64,000 nt of DNA from Vulcanimicrobiota bacterium (GTDB lineage: Bacteria > Vulcanimicrobiota > Vulcanimicrobiia > Vulcanimicrobiales > Vulcanimicrobiaceae), in assembly GCA_003135555.1 (NCBI GenBank), contig PLCF01000027.1, positions 41,943 to 105,942 of the forward strand, written 5' to 3'. This document shows positions 18,918 through 27,364 of this stretch, piece by piece. The notes beneath the pieces are model-generated. The model had not been told where the DNA came from. It worked only from the letters and a program-made list of their open reading frames with translations, and searched no databases. Both the position numbers and the translations under genes were made by a program. Positions within the stretch are counted from its first letter, which is position 1. The number at the start of each line of letters is the position of its first letter.

Positions 18918-19282
18918 CAGGCGAGCACCTTTTGGATCGTCTCGAGGATCTTCGGCGGCTGGAAGGGCTTGGTGATGAACGATTTCGCGCCGGCCTGAAT
19001 CGCCTCGACCACCAGCGCCTGCTGGCCCATCGACGTGCACATGATGATGCGCGCGTTGGGGTCGCCCGCCACGATCTGCTTGACCGCCGCGATCCCGTCC
19101 ATCTCGGGCATCACCATGTCCATCGTGACCAAGTCGGGCGTCAGCGCGCGGTACTTTTCGACCGCCTCGACCCCGTCTTGCGCCTCGCCGACCACCTCGT
19201 AGCCGTTCTTGGTCAGAATACCCTTGATCATCATTCGCATGACGACGGCGTCATCGACGATCAGAACTCGTTTCGCGCTCAT
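18917..19282 (-). CDS. cheY: Response regulator CheY
   Basis: VLIVDD, DLVTMDMVMP, KPFQP. Confidence 0.94.
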   Translation of the reverse strand: MSAKRVLIVDDAVVMRMMIKGILTKNGYEVVGEAQDGVEAVEKYRALTPDLVTMDMVMPEMDGIAAVKQIVAGDPNARIIMCTSMGQQALVVEAIQAGAKSFITKPFQPPKILETIQKVLA

Positions 19283-19298
19283 CGGATTGCGGTGCTCC

Positions 19299-19976
19299 TC
19301 AGGCCAAGCCGCGGTTTCGCCGTTCGGCTTGCCGCTTGTTGATGAATTCCATGATCGCTCGGTCTTCGTCGGGTTTCAGACCGTGAAACCTTAGCCCGAG
19401 CGAGCTCTTCTTGGTGCCCTCGATCCCGGCGCTGCGTTTGACCTCACCCAGGATCACCAGCGGCGCGGCGGCGGTACTGACCGCGAACCGCACCTCGACG
19501 TAGGTCTCCTTGCGCACCTCGCGGTCGACGATCAACGAGGCACCCGAGCGGCTGATGTCGGTCAATGAGGCCCGCACGTAGTCGCCCGTCCCCCGGCCGG
19601 CCGGCGCGAAGCGCCACTGCGCGGGGACGGTCGCGTCGAGCCGCACGGCCGCGCGCTGCTTGGCGCCCTCGAAGAGTTGCAGCGTCTCGACCCGCTCGGG
19701 CAGCGCGAACACCGCCGCGCTGCCCCGCACCCCGGCGCACTTGGCCGAGAAGCGGAACTTGCCCGAGAGATTCTGATAGACGAACACCGCGGTCCCGCCG
19801 ACGCTCATCCCCGGCAACGCCGTGACGGCGACGCTGCGGTCGTTGAGCCCCTCCACGCAGACCGAACCCTTGGGGCCGCCGTTGGTCATCGCCAGGTCGA
19901 CGAAACTGTTGGGCTGCGGCAGCTTGACCTTGAGGTCGCTCGCGCGGGGCTTGGCCCCGAATCCGAACAGGCGCAT
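19299..19976 (-). CDS. PilZ-domain flagellar brake-like protein
   Basis: QRAAVR (RxxxR) and DISRSG (DxSxxG); lies between flhA and cheY. Confidence 0.85.
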   Translation of the reverse strand: MRLFGFGAKPRASDLKVKLPQPNSFVDLAMTNGGPKGSVCVEGLNDRSVAVTALPGMSVGGTAVFVYQNLSGKFRFSAKCAGVRGSAAVFALPERVETLQLFEGAKQRAAVRLDATVPAQWRFAPAGRGTGDYVRASLTDISRSGASLIVDREVRKETYVEVRFAVSTAAAPLVILGEVKRSAGIEGTKKSSLGLRFHGLKPDEDRAIMEFINKRQAERRNRGLA

Positions 19977-19979
19977 CGC

Positions 19980-22106
19980 TTACGCCACCGCTCCGACCGG
20001 CTCGAGCGCTTCCTCGGTGGTGGAGACTTGCCCGATCGACTCGACGCGCAGCCCGGGGGCGATCTCGCTGTACGAGAGCACCACGAGCGACGGCGCCGCG
20101 CGTTCGGTGAGCCGTTTGAGGGCCAGCCGGGTCGCGGGCGAGGTCAGCACGATCGGCTGCAAGCCGGTCTGCTGCGCGTCGCTGATGCGCTTGGTGAGCG
20201 AGGCGTAGATCTTGGCCACCGTGCCGGGGTCGAGCAGCGCATAGGCGTCTTCGCCGCGCCGCACCGCTTCGCCGAGCAGCGACTCGAGCCGCGGGTCGAC
20301 CGTGATGACCGAGAGCAGCCCGTTCTCGGCGTACTCGGCGCAGATGTGGCGGTTCATCGCCGCGCGCACGCGCTCGGTGAGGTAGTCGATGTCCTTGGAG
20401 GCGCGCGCTCCGTCGGCGAGATTCTCCAGGATCAGCAGCAGGTTGCGAATCGGGATGCGCTCGCGCAGCAGGTTCTGCAGCACGCGCTGCACCTCGCCGA
20501 CCGTGAGCAGGTTGGGGATGAGCTCGTCGACGACGACGGGGTAGTGCTGCTTGACGTTGTCGAGCAGCGCCGAGGTCTCCTGACGCCCCAGCAGCTCGGG
20601 GGCGTGCGTCTTGATGATCTCGGTGAGGTGCGTCGCGATCACCGAGGTCGGATCGATCACGGTGTAACCCGCCATCTCCGCATCGCCGCGGGCGCTCTCG
20701 GCGACCCACAGCGCGGGCAAACCGAACGCCGGTTCCGTCGTCGGTATCCCGTCGACCGTACCGCTGGCCGTGCCCGGGTTCATCGCGAGCAGCCGCGAGA
20801 CCATCACCTCGGCGCGCGCCACTTCGAGCCCGTAGATCTTCACCAAGTAGGTCGACGGTTTGAGCTGCAAGTTGTCGCGCACGCGGATCGGCGGAACGAC
20901 GATGCCGAGCTCGCGCGCGGCGTGGCGGCGGATCATGGTGATGCGCTCGAGCAGGTCGCCGCCCTGCGACACGTCGACGAGCGGGATCAGGCCGAAGCCG
21001 ATCTCCAGCTCCATCGGATCGTAGGAAAGCAGCGGCACGACGGATTCCGCCGGCTTGACCGCCTGCGCGGCACCCGCCGCTCCCGGTGCGCCCGCGCCCC
21101 GCGCTCCGGAGCCCGGCTTCATCGCCGCAGCCTTGGCCGCACCGCGGCCGCGCAGCCACAGCGCGAGCACGATCGCCGCCATGATGAACATGAACAGCGG
21201 CGGCAGGCCGAACAGGCCGAACAGCAGCAGCAGCACGCCGGCGATGAGCAGCGCGCGCGGCTCCTGGACCAGCTGGCGCGAAAGGTCGTGGCCGAAGGAG
21301 CCTTCGGAGGCCGCGCGGGTCACGATGATGCCCGTCGCGGTGGAGATCAGCAGCGCCGGGATCTGGGTGACGATCCCTTCGCCGATCGTCAGCAGGGTGA
21401 AGCGCTGCAGCGCTTCCATCAACGGCAGCTTGAGCTGCGCCATCCCGACGACGAAGCCGCCGATGATGTTGACGAAGACGATGATGACCGCGGCGACCGC
21501 GTCACCGCGAACGAACTTGGACGCGCCGTCCATCGCACCGTAGAAGTCGGCCGCGCGCTGGATGTCCTTGCGGCGCTGACGCGCCTCGGACTCGGTGATG
21601 AGCCCGGCGTTGAGGTCGGCGTCGACGGCGAGCTGCTTGCCGGGCATCGCGTCGAGGGTGAACCGCGCCGCGACCTCGGCGACGCGGCCCGCGCCGTTGG
21701 TGATGACGACGAACTGGATGACGATGAGGATCGCGAAGATCACGATCCCGACCGCGTAGTTGCCGCCGACGACGACGTTTCCGAACGCTTCGATCACTTG
21801 GCCGGCGTAGCCGTGCAGCAAGATCGACCGCGTTCCGGTGATGTTGAGCGAGAGCCGGAACAGCGTCACGATCAACAGCAGCGTCGGAAAGACGCTAAAC
21901 GCCAGCGCGTTCTCGGTGTAGAGCGTGACCAGCAGAATGATCAGCGCGATCGTGATGTTCGCCGACAGCAACAGGTCGAGCACCCACGGCGGTACCGGGA
22001 CGATCATCAAGATCACGAGCACGACCGAAGCCGCGGCCACCCACGCATGGGAGGTCGAGGCCAGGCGGTCTAGCAGGCTGGGACGCGCAGGGGCGGCCGT
22101 TGCCAC
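19980..22106 (-). CDS. flhA: Flagellar export protein FlhA
   Basis: RVAEVAARFTLDAMPGKQ, DFYGAMDGASKFVRGD. Confidence 0.97.
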   Translation of the reverse strand: MATAAPARPSLLDRLASTSHAWVAAASVVLVILMIVPVPPWVLDLLLSANITIALIILLVTLYTENALAFSVFPTLLLIVTLFRLSLNITGTRSILLHGYAGQVIEAFGNVVVGGNYAVGIVIFAILIVIQFVVITNGAGRVAEVAARFTLDAMPGKQLAVDADLNAGLITESEARQRRKDIQRAADFYGAMDGASKFVRGDAVAAVIIVFVNIIGGFVVGMAQLKLPLMEALQRFTLLTIGEGIVTQIPALLISTATGIIVTRAASEGSFGHDLSRQLVQEPRALLIAGVLLLLFGLFGLPPLFMFIMAAIVLALWLRGRGAAKAAAMKPGSGARGAGAPGAAGAAQAVKPAESVVPLLSYDPMELEIGFGLIPLVDVSQGGDLLERITMIRRHAARELGIVVPPIRVRDNLQLKPSTYLVKIYGLEVARAEVMVSRLLAMNPGTASGTVDGIPTTEPAFGLPALWVAESARGDAEMAGYTVIDPTSVIATHLTEIIKTHAPELLGRQETSALLDNVKQHYPVVVDELIPNLLTVGEVQRVLQNLLRERIPIRNLLLILENLADGARASKDIDYLTERVRAAMNRHICAEYAENGLLSVITVDPRLESLLGEAVRRGEDAYALLDPGTVAKIYASLTKRISDAQQTGLQPIVLTSPATRLALKRLTERAAPSLVVLSYSEIAPGLRVESIGQVSTTEEALEPVGAVA

Positions 22107-22133
22107 TAGGTGACGGACTCCACGTTAGAATAA

Positions 22134-22161
22134 TCATCGGCCGAAGCGGCCGACGCCGTGA
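22134..22161 (-). promoter_or_regulatory. Sigma28 (FliA/SigD/WhiG)-type promoter for flhA
   Basis: TCAC-N16-GCCGATGA on the minus strand. Confidence 0.55.
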
Positions 22162-22186
22162 GGACCGCTAAGCCGTCAGAACCCCG

Positions 22187-22702
22187 TCAGGTCGGGCTCG
22201 GGCACGGCACCGGCCGCCCGTTGGTCGAGATCAGACACGCGGACTGCGAAGGCCCCGGCGACGGTACGGGCGTCGGTGTCGGGCACGGGGCGGATACGCC
22301 GTTCATGCCCAGCATGCAGACGGGGACCGAGGACGGCACGGGCCCTTCGGGGACCACGGTGGGGCACGGTACGGGGCTGCCGTTGGGACCGCTGACGAGG
22401 CACCCGCTCTGCGAGGGTCCGGGGCTCACCGTCGGCTGCGGCGAGCACGGAACGGGGCCGTTGGGCCCGGAGACGACGCAGCCGCTCTGGACGGGGCCGG
22501 GCGACGTGCTCGGCTTCGGCGTCGGGCACGGCGCCGGTGAACCGTTCGTCGCAATCAGGCAGCTCGGCGACGGCGACGGCGACGGCAGCCTGATGGTGAG
22601 CGGACCGTTGCGGCTCGAGCTCGACGGCACCAGCGATCCGCCGCCGCCCGCGCAGGCGACGACCAGAATCAGCGTACCGACCAGAAGCCCGATCCTCAGC
22701 AT
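22187..22702 (-). CDS. Lipoprotein with five tandem Cys-loop (C-x10/11-C, NG-turn) repeats and Pro/Ser/Thr linkers
   Basis: Signal MLRIGLLVGTLILVVAC; repeats CLIATNGSPAPC, CVVSGPNGPVPC, CLVSGPNGSPVPC, CMLGMNGVSAPC, CLISTNGRPVPC. Confidence 0.75.
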   Translation of the reverse strand: MLRIGLLVGTLILVVACAGGGGSLVPSSSSRNGPLTIRLPSPSPSPSCLIATNGSPAPCPTPKPSTSPGPVQSGCVVSGPNGPVPCSPQPTVSPGPSQSGCLVSGPNGSPVPCPTVVPEGPVPSSVPVCMLGMNGVSAPCPTPTPVPSPGPSQSACLISTNGRPVPCPSPT

Positions 22703-22945
22703 ACTGCCCTCACGGCGGGAAAACACCGAGACCAACGGCCACAGCCTTTCCCACGTTGGATTCGTCTGCCGAGCGTCCTTCAACGAATCCCCGGACGGCC
22801 GCAAAATGTACCGTGCTAGAGAGGGGTAGGTCGGACGACTAGGCATCATTGAGACGGAAGCCTGTGGTCGCACCTACAGCGGGGGGGGAAGCTTCGAGGA
22901 CATGCACTTCGGCCGAAGCGGTGTTCGGTATTGCGAGGAGGTCCC

Positions 22946-24373
22946 GTGAGCCGTTGCCACCCTTTCCGCCGCTTTGCCGTCGCGTTTGCGCTCGCGACCG
23001 CCTCGGGTGTGCTGGCTTCGGTCGCGGCGGCGCCGGCCCAGACGGCCCCGCCGCCCCGCGAGTTCGGGCGCCCGCCGTCGGGTGAGATCCCGATTCTGTT
23101 CAACGACGAGCACGTCTATTCGAAGCCCGACGTGCTCCGAGCCGGACGCGTCCTGGCCGCGCTCGTCCGCAACGGCGTCATCATGGTCCCGCTGCGCTCG
23201 ATGTTCGAGCAGCTCGGCGCGACGGTCTCCTGGGACGAGGCGACGCGGACCGCGGACGTCTCCAAGCCCGGATCGGACGTCAAGGTCACCCTCGGCAAGC
23301 CGGTGGTCGTCGTGAACGGCGAAGACCGGCCGCTCGACGTCGCGCCGATGGTCTACCGCGGGACGGTCGTCGTGCCGGTCCGGGTGATCTCGGAGGCGAT
23401 GGGGGCGTACGTGCAGTGGATCCCCGAGCGGCGCGTCGTCGTCGTTCGCATGTTGAGCGCACCGCTACCGCCGCCGCCGGCCACGCCGGTCCCGACTCCG
23501 ACGCCCTCGCCGGCGCCGCGGCCGACCCCGTTGCCGGTCGTCACTCCGAGCCCGACGCCGTCGCCGAGTCCGGTCCGGTCCGAAACGTTCGTTGCCGGCG
23601 ACTACCTGTTCTCGCCCAAGGTCTACAACGAGATCAGCCCCGGAAATACCGCGACCGGCTCGTACGCGCTCCGCGGCGCGATCGAATTTCCGCTGGCCGG
23701 GCTGCCCTGGATGGTCGAAGGCGACTATCGCCACTATCAGTATCCGCACACCGCGCAACAGACCGTCTCCGCGTGCGCACCGGGGACGCCGGGCCTAACC
23801 GGGTGCGGCACCGTCGTCGGCAGCCAGGTCTACCAAACCGGCAACTGCCCGTCGACGACCGACCAGGGCTGCGTGACCGTCGTCGGCTTCCAGAACATCA
23901 TCGCGTTCAACGGCCTCGGGCAGGCGTACGTCCCCGCGCTGAGCGCGCAGGAGAACGAAGGCGACGTCCACCTCGGCGTTAAGATCTTCGAGCCGCGCGT
24001 CTATCTGGGCGTCGGCTACCTGACGAAGTCGTACAACTATCTGGGGCTGCCGCGCCTGTCCGGGGTCGGTTTCGGCGCCACGAAGCTGCCCGATCTCGAC
24101 CGCCCGTTTTCGGTCGAGGGGAGCGCGTGGTACTACCCGAGCATCTCCGGCAACTATACCTATCCGACCACGCCGCTGCTGGGGCCGCTCTCGGCCCAGA
24201 CCATCCCGCTGTCGTACAGCTATTGGAAGTATCGCGCCGGGGCAACGGTTCAGCTCGGCTCCGCGGTGTTCGTCGATTTCGGGCTCGCCGGCGAACGCGC
24301 GAACGCGCGCACCAACGCTCCGTCCAACACCACCGTGAACGCGCCGTACGCCGGGCTCGGCATCCATTTCTAA
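22946..24373 (+). CDS. Copper-amine-oxidase N-terminal (stalk) domain plus outer-membrane beta-barrel protein
   Basis: GAGGAGG RBS, signal peptide, MVPLRSMFEQLGATVSWD/VPVRVISEAMGAYVQW, PT linker, amphipathic strands ending YAGLGIHF. Confidence 0.8.
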   Translation: MSRCHPFRRFAVAFALATASGVLASVAAAPAQTAPPPREFGRPPSGEIPILFNDEHVYSKPDVLRAGRVLAALVRNGVIMVPLRSMFEQLGATVSWDEATRTADVSKPGSDVKVTLGKPVVVVNGEDRPLDVAPMVYRGTVVVPVRVISEAMGAYVQWIPERRVVVVRMLSAPLPPPPATPVPTPTPSPAPRPTPLPVVTPSPTPSPSPVRSETFVAGDYLFSPKVYNEISPGNTATGSYALRGAIEFPLAGLPWMVEGDYRHYQYPHTAQQTVSACAPGTPGLTGCGTVVGSQVYQTGNCPSTTDQGCVTVVGFQNIIAFNGLGQAYVPALSAQENEGDVHLGVKIFEPRVYLGVGYLTKSYNYLGLPRLSGVGFGATKLPDLDRPFSVEGSAWYYPSISGNYTYPTTPLLGPLSAQTIPLSYSYWKYRAGATVQLGSAVFVDFGLAGERANARTNAPSNTTVNAPYAGLGIHF

Positions 24374-24410
24374 CGCACCCCGGCGCGCCGCTATCACAGA
24401 AAGGGCCACC

Positions 24411-25412
24411 ATGAGAGCCTTCCGTCTCGCCGCACCTCTCGCGTTGACGCTCGTGTTTGGTGCGTGCTCGGGCGGCGGCAGCAGCGGCGCGCCAGTGGCT
24501 CCTATTGCAGGCCCGCTTGTCCCCGGCAGCGCGACCTTTTCGCTCAGCGTCACCGTACCGAGCAAGCTCGTTACGGCGTCGGCGCGTTCGCCGCAATACG
24601 TCAGCCCCGGCACTGCGGCGATCGCGGTGTACGACGGGTCGACCGCCATCTACGTCGGCAACTTCAACGCGGCCGCGAACCCGCAGTTCACGACCGTGTT
24701 CGCGAAGACCGGCACGACAAGCGTCACGGGTGGAACGTGCGTGCCGGCCGGTTCGGCGTCGACGTGCACGGTAACGATCACGACCACGATCGGCGCGCAC
24801 ACGTTCGATGTGATCACATATCCGGTCTCGCAAGGCGTGGCGGCGCAGGCGAGCGGCCGCGCTCCGCTCGACATCGGCACGCTGCCCACGTTCACCGGCG
24901 TGATCTTGGCCGAAGGGGAGCTCACGGTCACCTTGAGCCCGGGGACGAACACGGGCCAAACGATCACGTTGCTGGGCGTCGCCGACCACGGAAACCTCGT
25001 CGGCCCGACCCTGACCCAGCGCCTCAACGGCAACGGGGCGCTCGTCGGGGTGATCGGGACGACCTACACGTTCACCTACAGCATCGCGGATTCGGGCAAC
25101 TTCCAGATCGTCCAACCCGGCAACTACGACAACGGCCCGGTCACGATCGCCGAGACCGACGGCAACAACATCGTAACGATGACGCCGATCTCGCAGCCCG
25201 CGCCGCCGGCGGCCGCCGCTGCGCAGTCGTTCAACGTCGTCTGCGCGAACAACGGGACGGCGACGATCACCGCGGCGGCGCAGACCAAGCCGACCGCGAC
25301 GTACGCCTCGGGGCTGACGTACTCGGCGAGCAACTACGCGCCCGCGACGATCGGTACGGCGACGCTGCAATGCGTGCCGAACTCCGCCACCCTCCCCGTC
25401 ACCATCCAATAA
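24411..25412 (+). CDS. All-beta surface lipoprotein, paralog 1
   Basis: Lipobox FGAC, SARSPQYVS, two Cys pairs, YDNGP, YASGLTYS, C-terminal strand ATLPVTIQ. Confidence 0.85.
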   Translation: MRAFRLAAPLALTLVFGACSGGGSSGAPVAPIAGPLVPGSATFSLSVTVPSKLVTASARSPQYVSPGTAAIAVYDGSTAIYVGNFNAAANPQFTTVFAKTGTTSVTGGTCVPAGSASTCTVTITTTIGAHTFDVITYPVSQGVAAQASGRAPLDIGTLPTFTGVILAEGELTVTLSPGTNTGQTITLLGVADHGNLVGPTLTQRLNGNGALVGVIGTTYTFTYSIADSGNFQIVQPGNYDNGPVTIAETDGNNIVTMTPISQPAPPAAAAAQSFNVVCANNGTATITAAAQTKPTATYASGLTYSASNYAPATIGTATLQCVPNSATLPVTIQ

Positions 25413-25422
25413 AGGTCCGCCG

Positions 25423-26385
25423 ATGAAAGCACGATATCTCGCCGTACTCACTGCTACGATCGCGCTGGCCGCGTGTGGCGGCGGCGGTGGCACGGCGCCT
25501 TCCAGCCCGGTCGCGCCGGCGGCGACTCCCACCCCTCCGCCGCCCGGTGTTGGGACCATTCCGATGACGATCTCGATTCCGCTCCGAACGACGTCCGCGT
25601 CGGCGCGCAGTCCGCGCTTCTTCTCGCCGGGCGCGGGTTCGCTCACGATCTACGACGGGTCGACGCTGATCTACGTCGCGAACCTCGCCCTGGACAGCAC
25701 TCCGGCGTTCACGACCGTCTACGCGAAGGCCGGCGGCACGAGCGTCGCTTTCGGCTCGTGCACGTTCACCAGCAGCGAAGCCACCTGCACGCTGACCCTC
25801 ACGGCGACGACCGGCGCGCATAACTTCGACATCCTCGTCTATCCCGGGTCGCAGCCGGCCGGGTCGCCGCCGGCGATCACCGGCGTCATCTCGTCGGAGG
25901 GCGAGCTCTCCGTCACCCTCAACCTCGGCACCAATACCGGGCAGACGATGACGCTGCTCGGAGTCGCCGACAAGCTCATCATCGCCGGACCGGCGACCGG
26001 TCCATTCAATCAAGCAACCCAGTTCGGGTATCGGATCAACGACTCGACGAACTCGCAGATCGTACTGCCGGGCAGTGCCTACGACAACGGTCCGATCACG
26101 ATCACGGCTGCTCCCGCCGGCATCGTGACGATCGCACCGAACTCGATCGCTACGCCGCCGGCGTCCGTGGGAGACCAGAACTTCAATGTCACGTGCGTGA
26201 ACTCGAACGGCGGAGCCGTGACGATCTCGGTCAACGCGCTGACGAGCCCGACGACCAGCTACGCGTCCGGACTCACCTACTCGACCAGCAACTATTCCGC
26301 GGCGACGATCGGCACGGCGCCGTTTACCTGCAACCCGAGCACCGCCACCATTCCGATCACGGTCAATTCGAGGAAGCGCACGTGA
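25423..26385 (+). CDS. All-beta surface lipoprotein, paralog 2
   Basis: Lipobox LAAC, SARSPRFFS, YDNGP, YASGLTYS, C-terminal strand ATIPITVN. Confidence 0.85.
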   Translation: MKARYLAVLTATIALAACGGGGGTAPSSPVAPAATPTPPPPGVGTIPMTISIPLRTTSASARSPRFFSPGAGSLTIYDGSTLIYVANLALDSTPAFTTVYAKAGGTSVAFGSCTFTSSEATCTLTLTATTGAHNFDILVYPGSQPAGSPPAITGVISSEGELSVTLNLGTNTGQTMTLLGVADKLIIAGPATGPFNQATQFGYRINDSTNSQIVLPGSAYDNGPITITAAPAGIVTIAPNSIATPPASVGDQNFNVTCVNSNGGAVTISVNALTSPTTSYASGLTYSTSNYSAATIGTAPFTCNPSTATIPITVNSRKRT

Positions 26386-27326
26386 ACACCGCACGAATCG
26401 TGACTCTGGCCCTGACGCTCGCAGCAGCCGGCTGTGGGGGCGGCGGCACCACCGCGCCGTCCGTACCAGGGGCGACGGACGCACCGACGGCGACGATGTC
26501 GCTGGCCATTTCGATTCCGCAACGGACGGCGACGAGCGCCTCCGCCCGGACGCCGCGCTACGTCTCCGACGGAACGATGGCGCTCGCGGTCTACGACGGG
26601 GCGACGCTGCTCTACGCCGGCAACCTCTTTCTCGGAACCACGCCGGCGTTCAGTACGCTCTTTGCGAAATCCGGCAGCACGACCGTCACCCCCGGCGACT
26701 GCGTCAAAGGATCGTTGTCGTCGACCTGCACGCTTACGGTCACCACGACCCCCGGACCGCATACCTTCGGCCTGACGGGGTACGCCGATCTTCAGGGCGG
26801 CGTGGTCTTGCCCGGAAGCACACAACGGACGGTGTCGGACACCGGTACGCCGCCGACGTTCACGGGCCTGATCGTCGAGGAAGGCGAGTTGTCGATGACG
26901 GCCGTCGGCGGGACCAATCCGCCGCAGACGATCACGCTGCTCGGCGTCGCCGACATCACGCAGTGGTTCGGCCCACAGACGGCCTCGTTCAACCAAACCG
27001 CGACCGTCGGCTACGAGGTCCAAGACGCGCGCTCGGGCCAGATCGTCTTACCGGGCAACGCCTACGACAACGGCCCCGTGACGATCACGGCCACGCCGAG
27101 CGGCATCCTCACGTTCACGCCGGTCTCGCAAAGCGTGCCGCCGGCGACGAACGGCTCGCAGACGTTCAACGTCACCTGCAGCTCGGCAAACGGTGGACTC
27201 GTCACCTTCACGGCCAGCGCCGGAACCCACCCGAATGCGGCCTACGCGTCCGGGCTGACGTACTCGTCGAGCAACTACTCCAATGGTACGCTCAGCACGA
27301 GGGGGTTCCGGTGCTTCGGGAGCTGA
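26382..27326 (+). CDS. All-beta surface lipoprotein, paralog 3 (lacks the final strand)
   Basis: GTGA overlap; lipobox AAGC, SARTPRYVS, YDNGP, YASGLTYS; ends FRCFGS. Confidence 0.85.
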   Translation: MNTARIVTLALTLAAAGCGGGGTTAPSVPGATDAPTATMSLAISIPQRTATSASARTPRYVSDGTMALAVYDGATLLYAGNLFLGTTPAFSTLFAKSGSTTVTPGDCVKGSLSSTCTLTVTTTPGPHTFGLTGYADLQGGVVLPGSTQRTVSDTGTPPTFTGLIVEEGELSMTAVGGTNPPQTITLLGVADITQWFGPQTASFNQTATVGYEVQDARSGQIVLPGNAYDNGPVTITATPSGILTFTPVSQSVPPATNGSQTFNVTCSSANGGLVTFTASAGTHPNAAYASGLTYSSSNYSNGTLSTRGFRCFGS

Positions 27327-27364
27327 TCGCCAGACGGTAGTGCAAGCCGGCCTAGGCCTGCGGC

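Noticed and set aside
19677..22073. 798-aa plus-strand ORF and similar long ORFs (36496-38448, 42935-44665, 53032-54987, 23979-25646)
   Set aside because: Antisense or off-frame shadows of well-supported genes; Arg-rich, motif-free products typical of high-GC DNA
22881..22888. G8 tract as a phase-variation switch for the barrel/lipoprotein operon
   Set aside because: Short for a high-GC genome and not shown to lie in a promoter spacer; read-length heterogeneity would be needed
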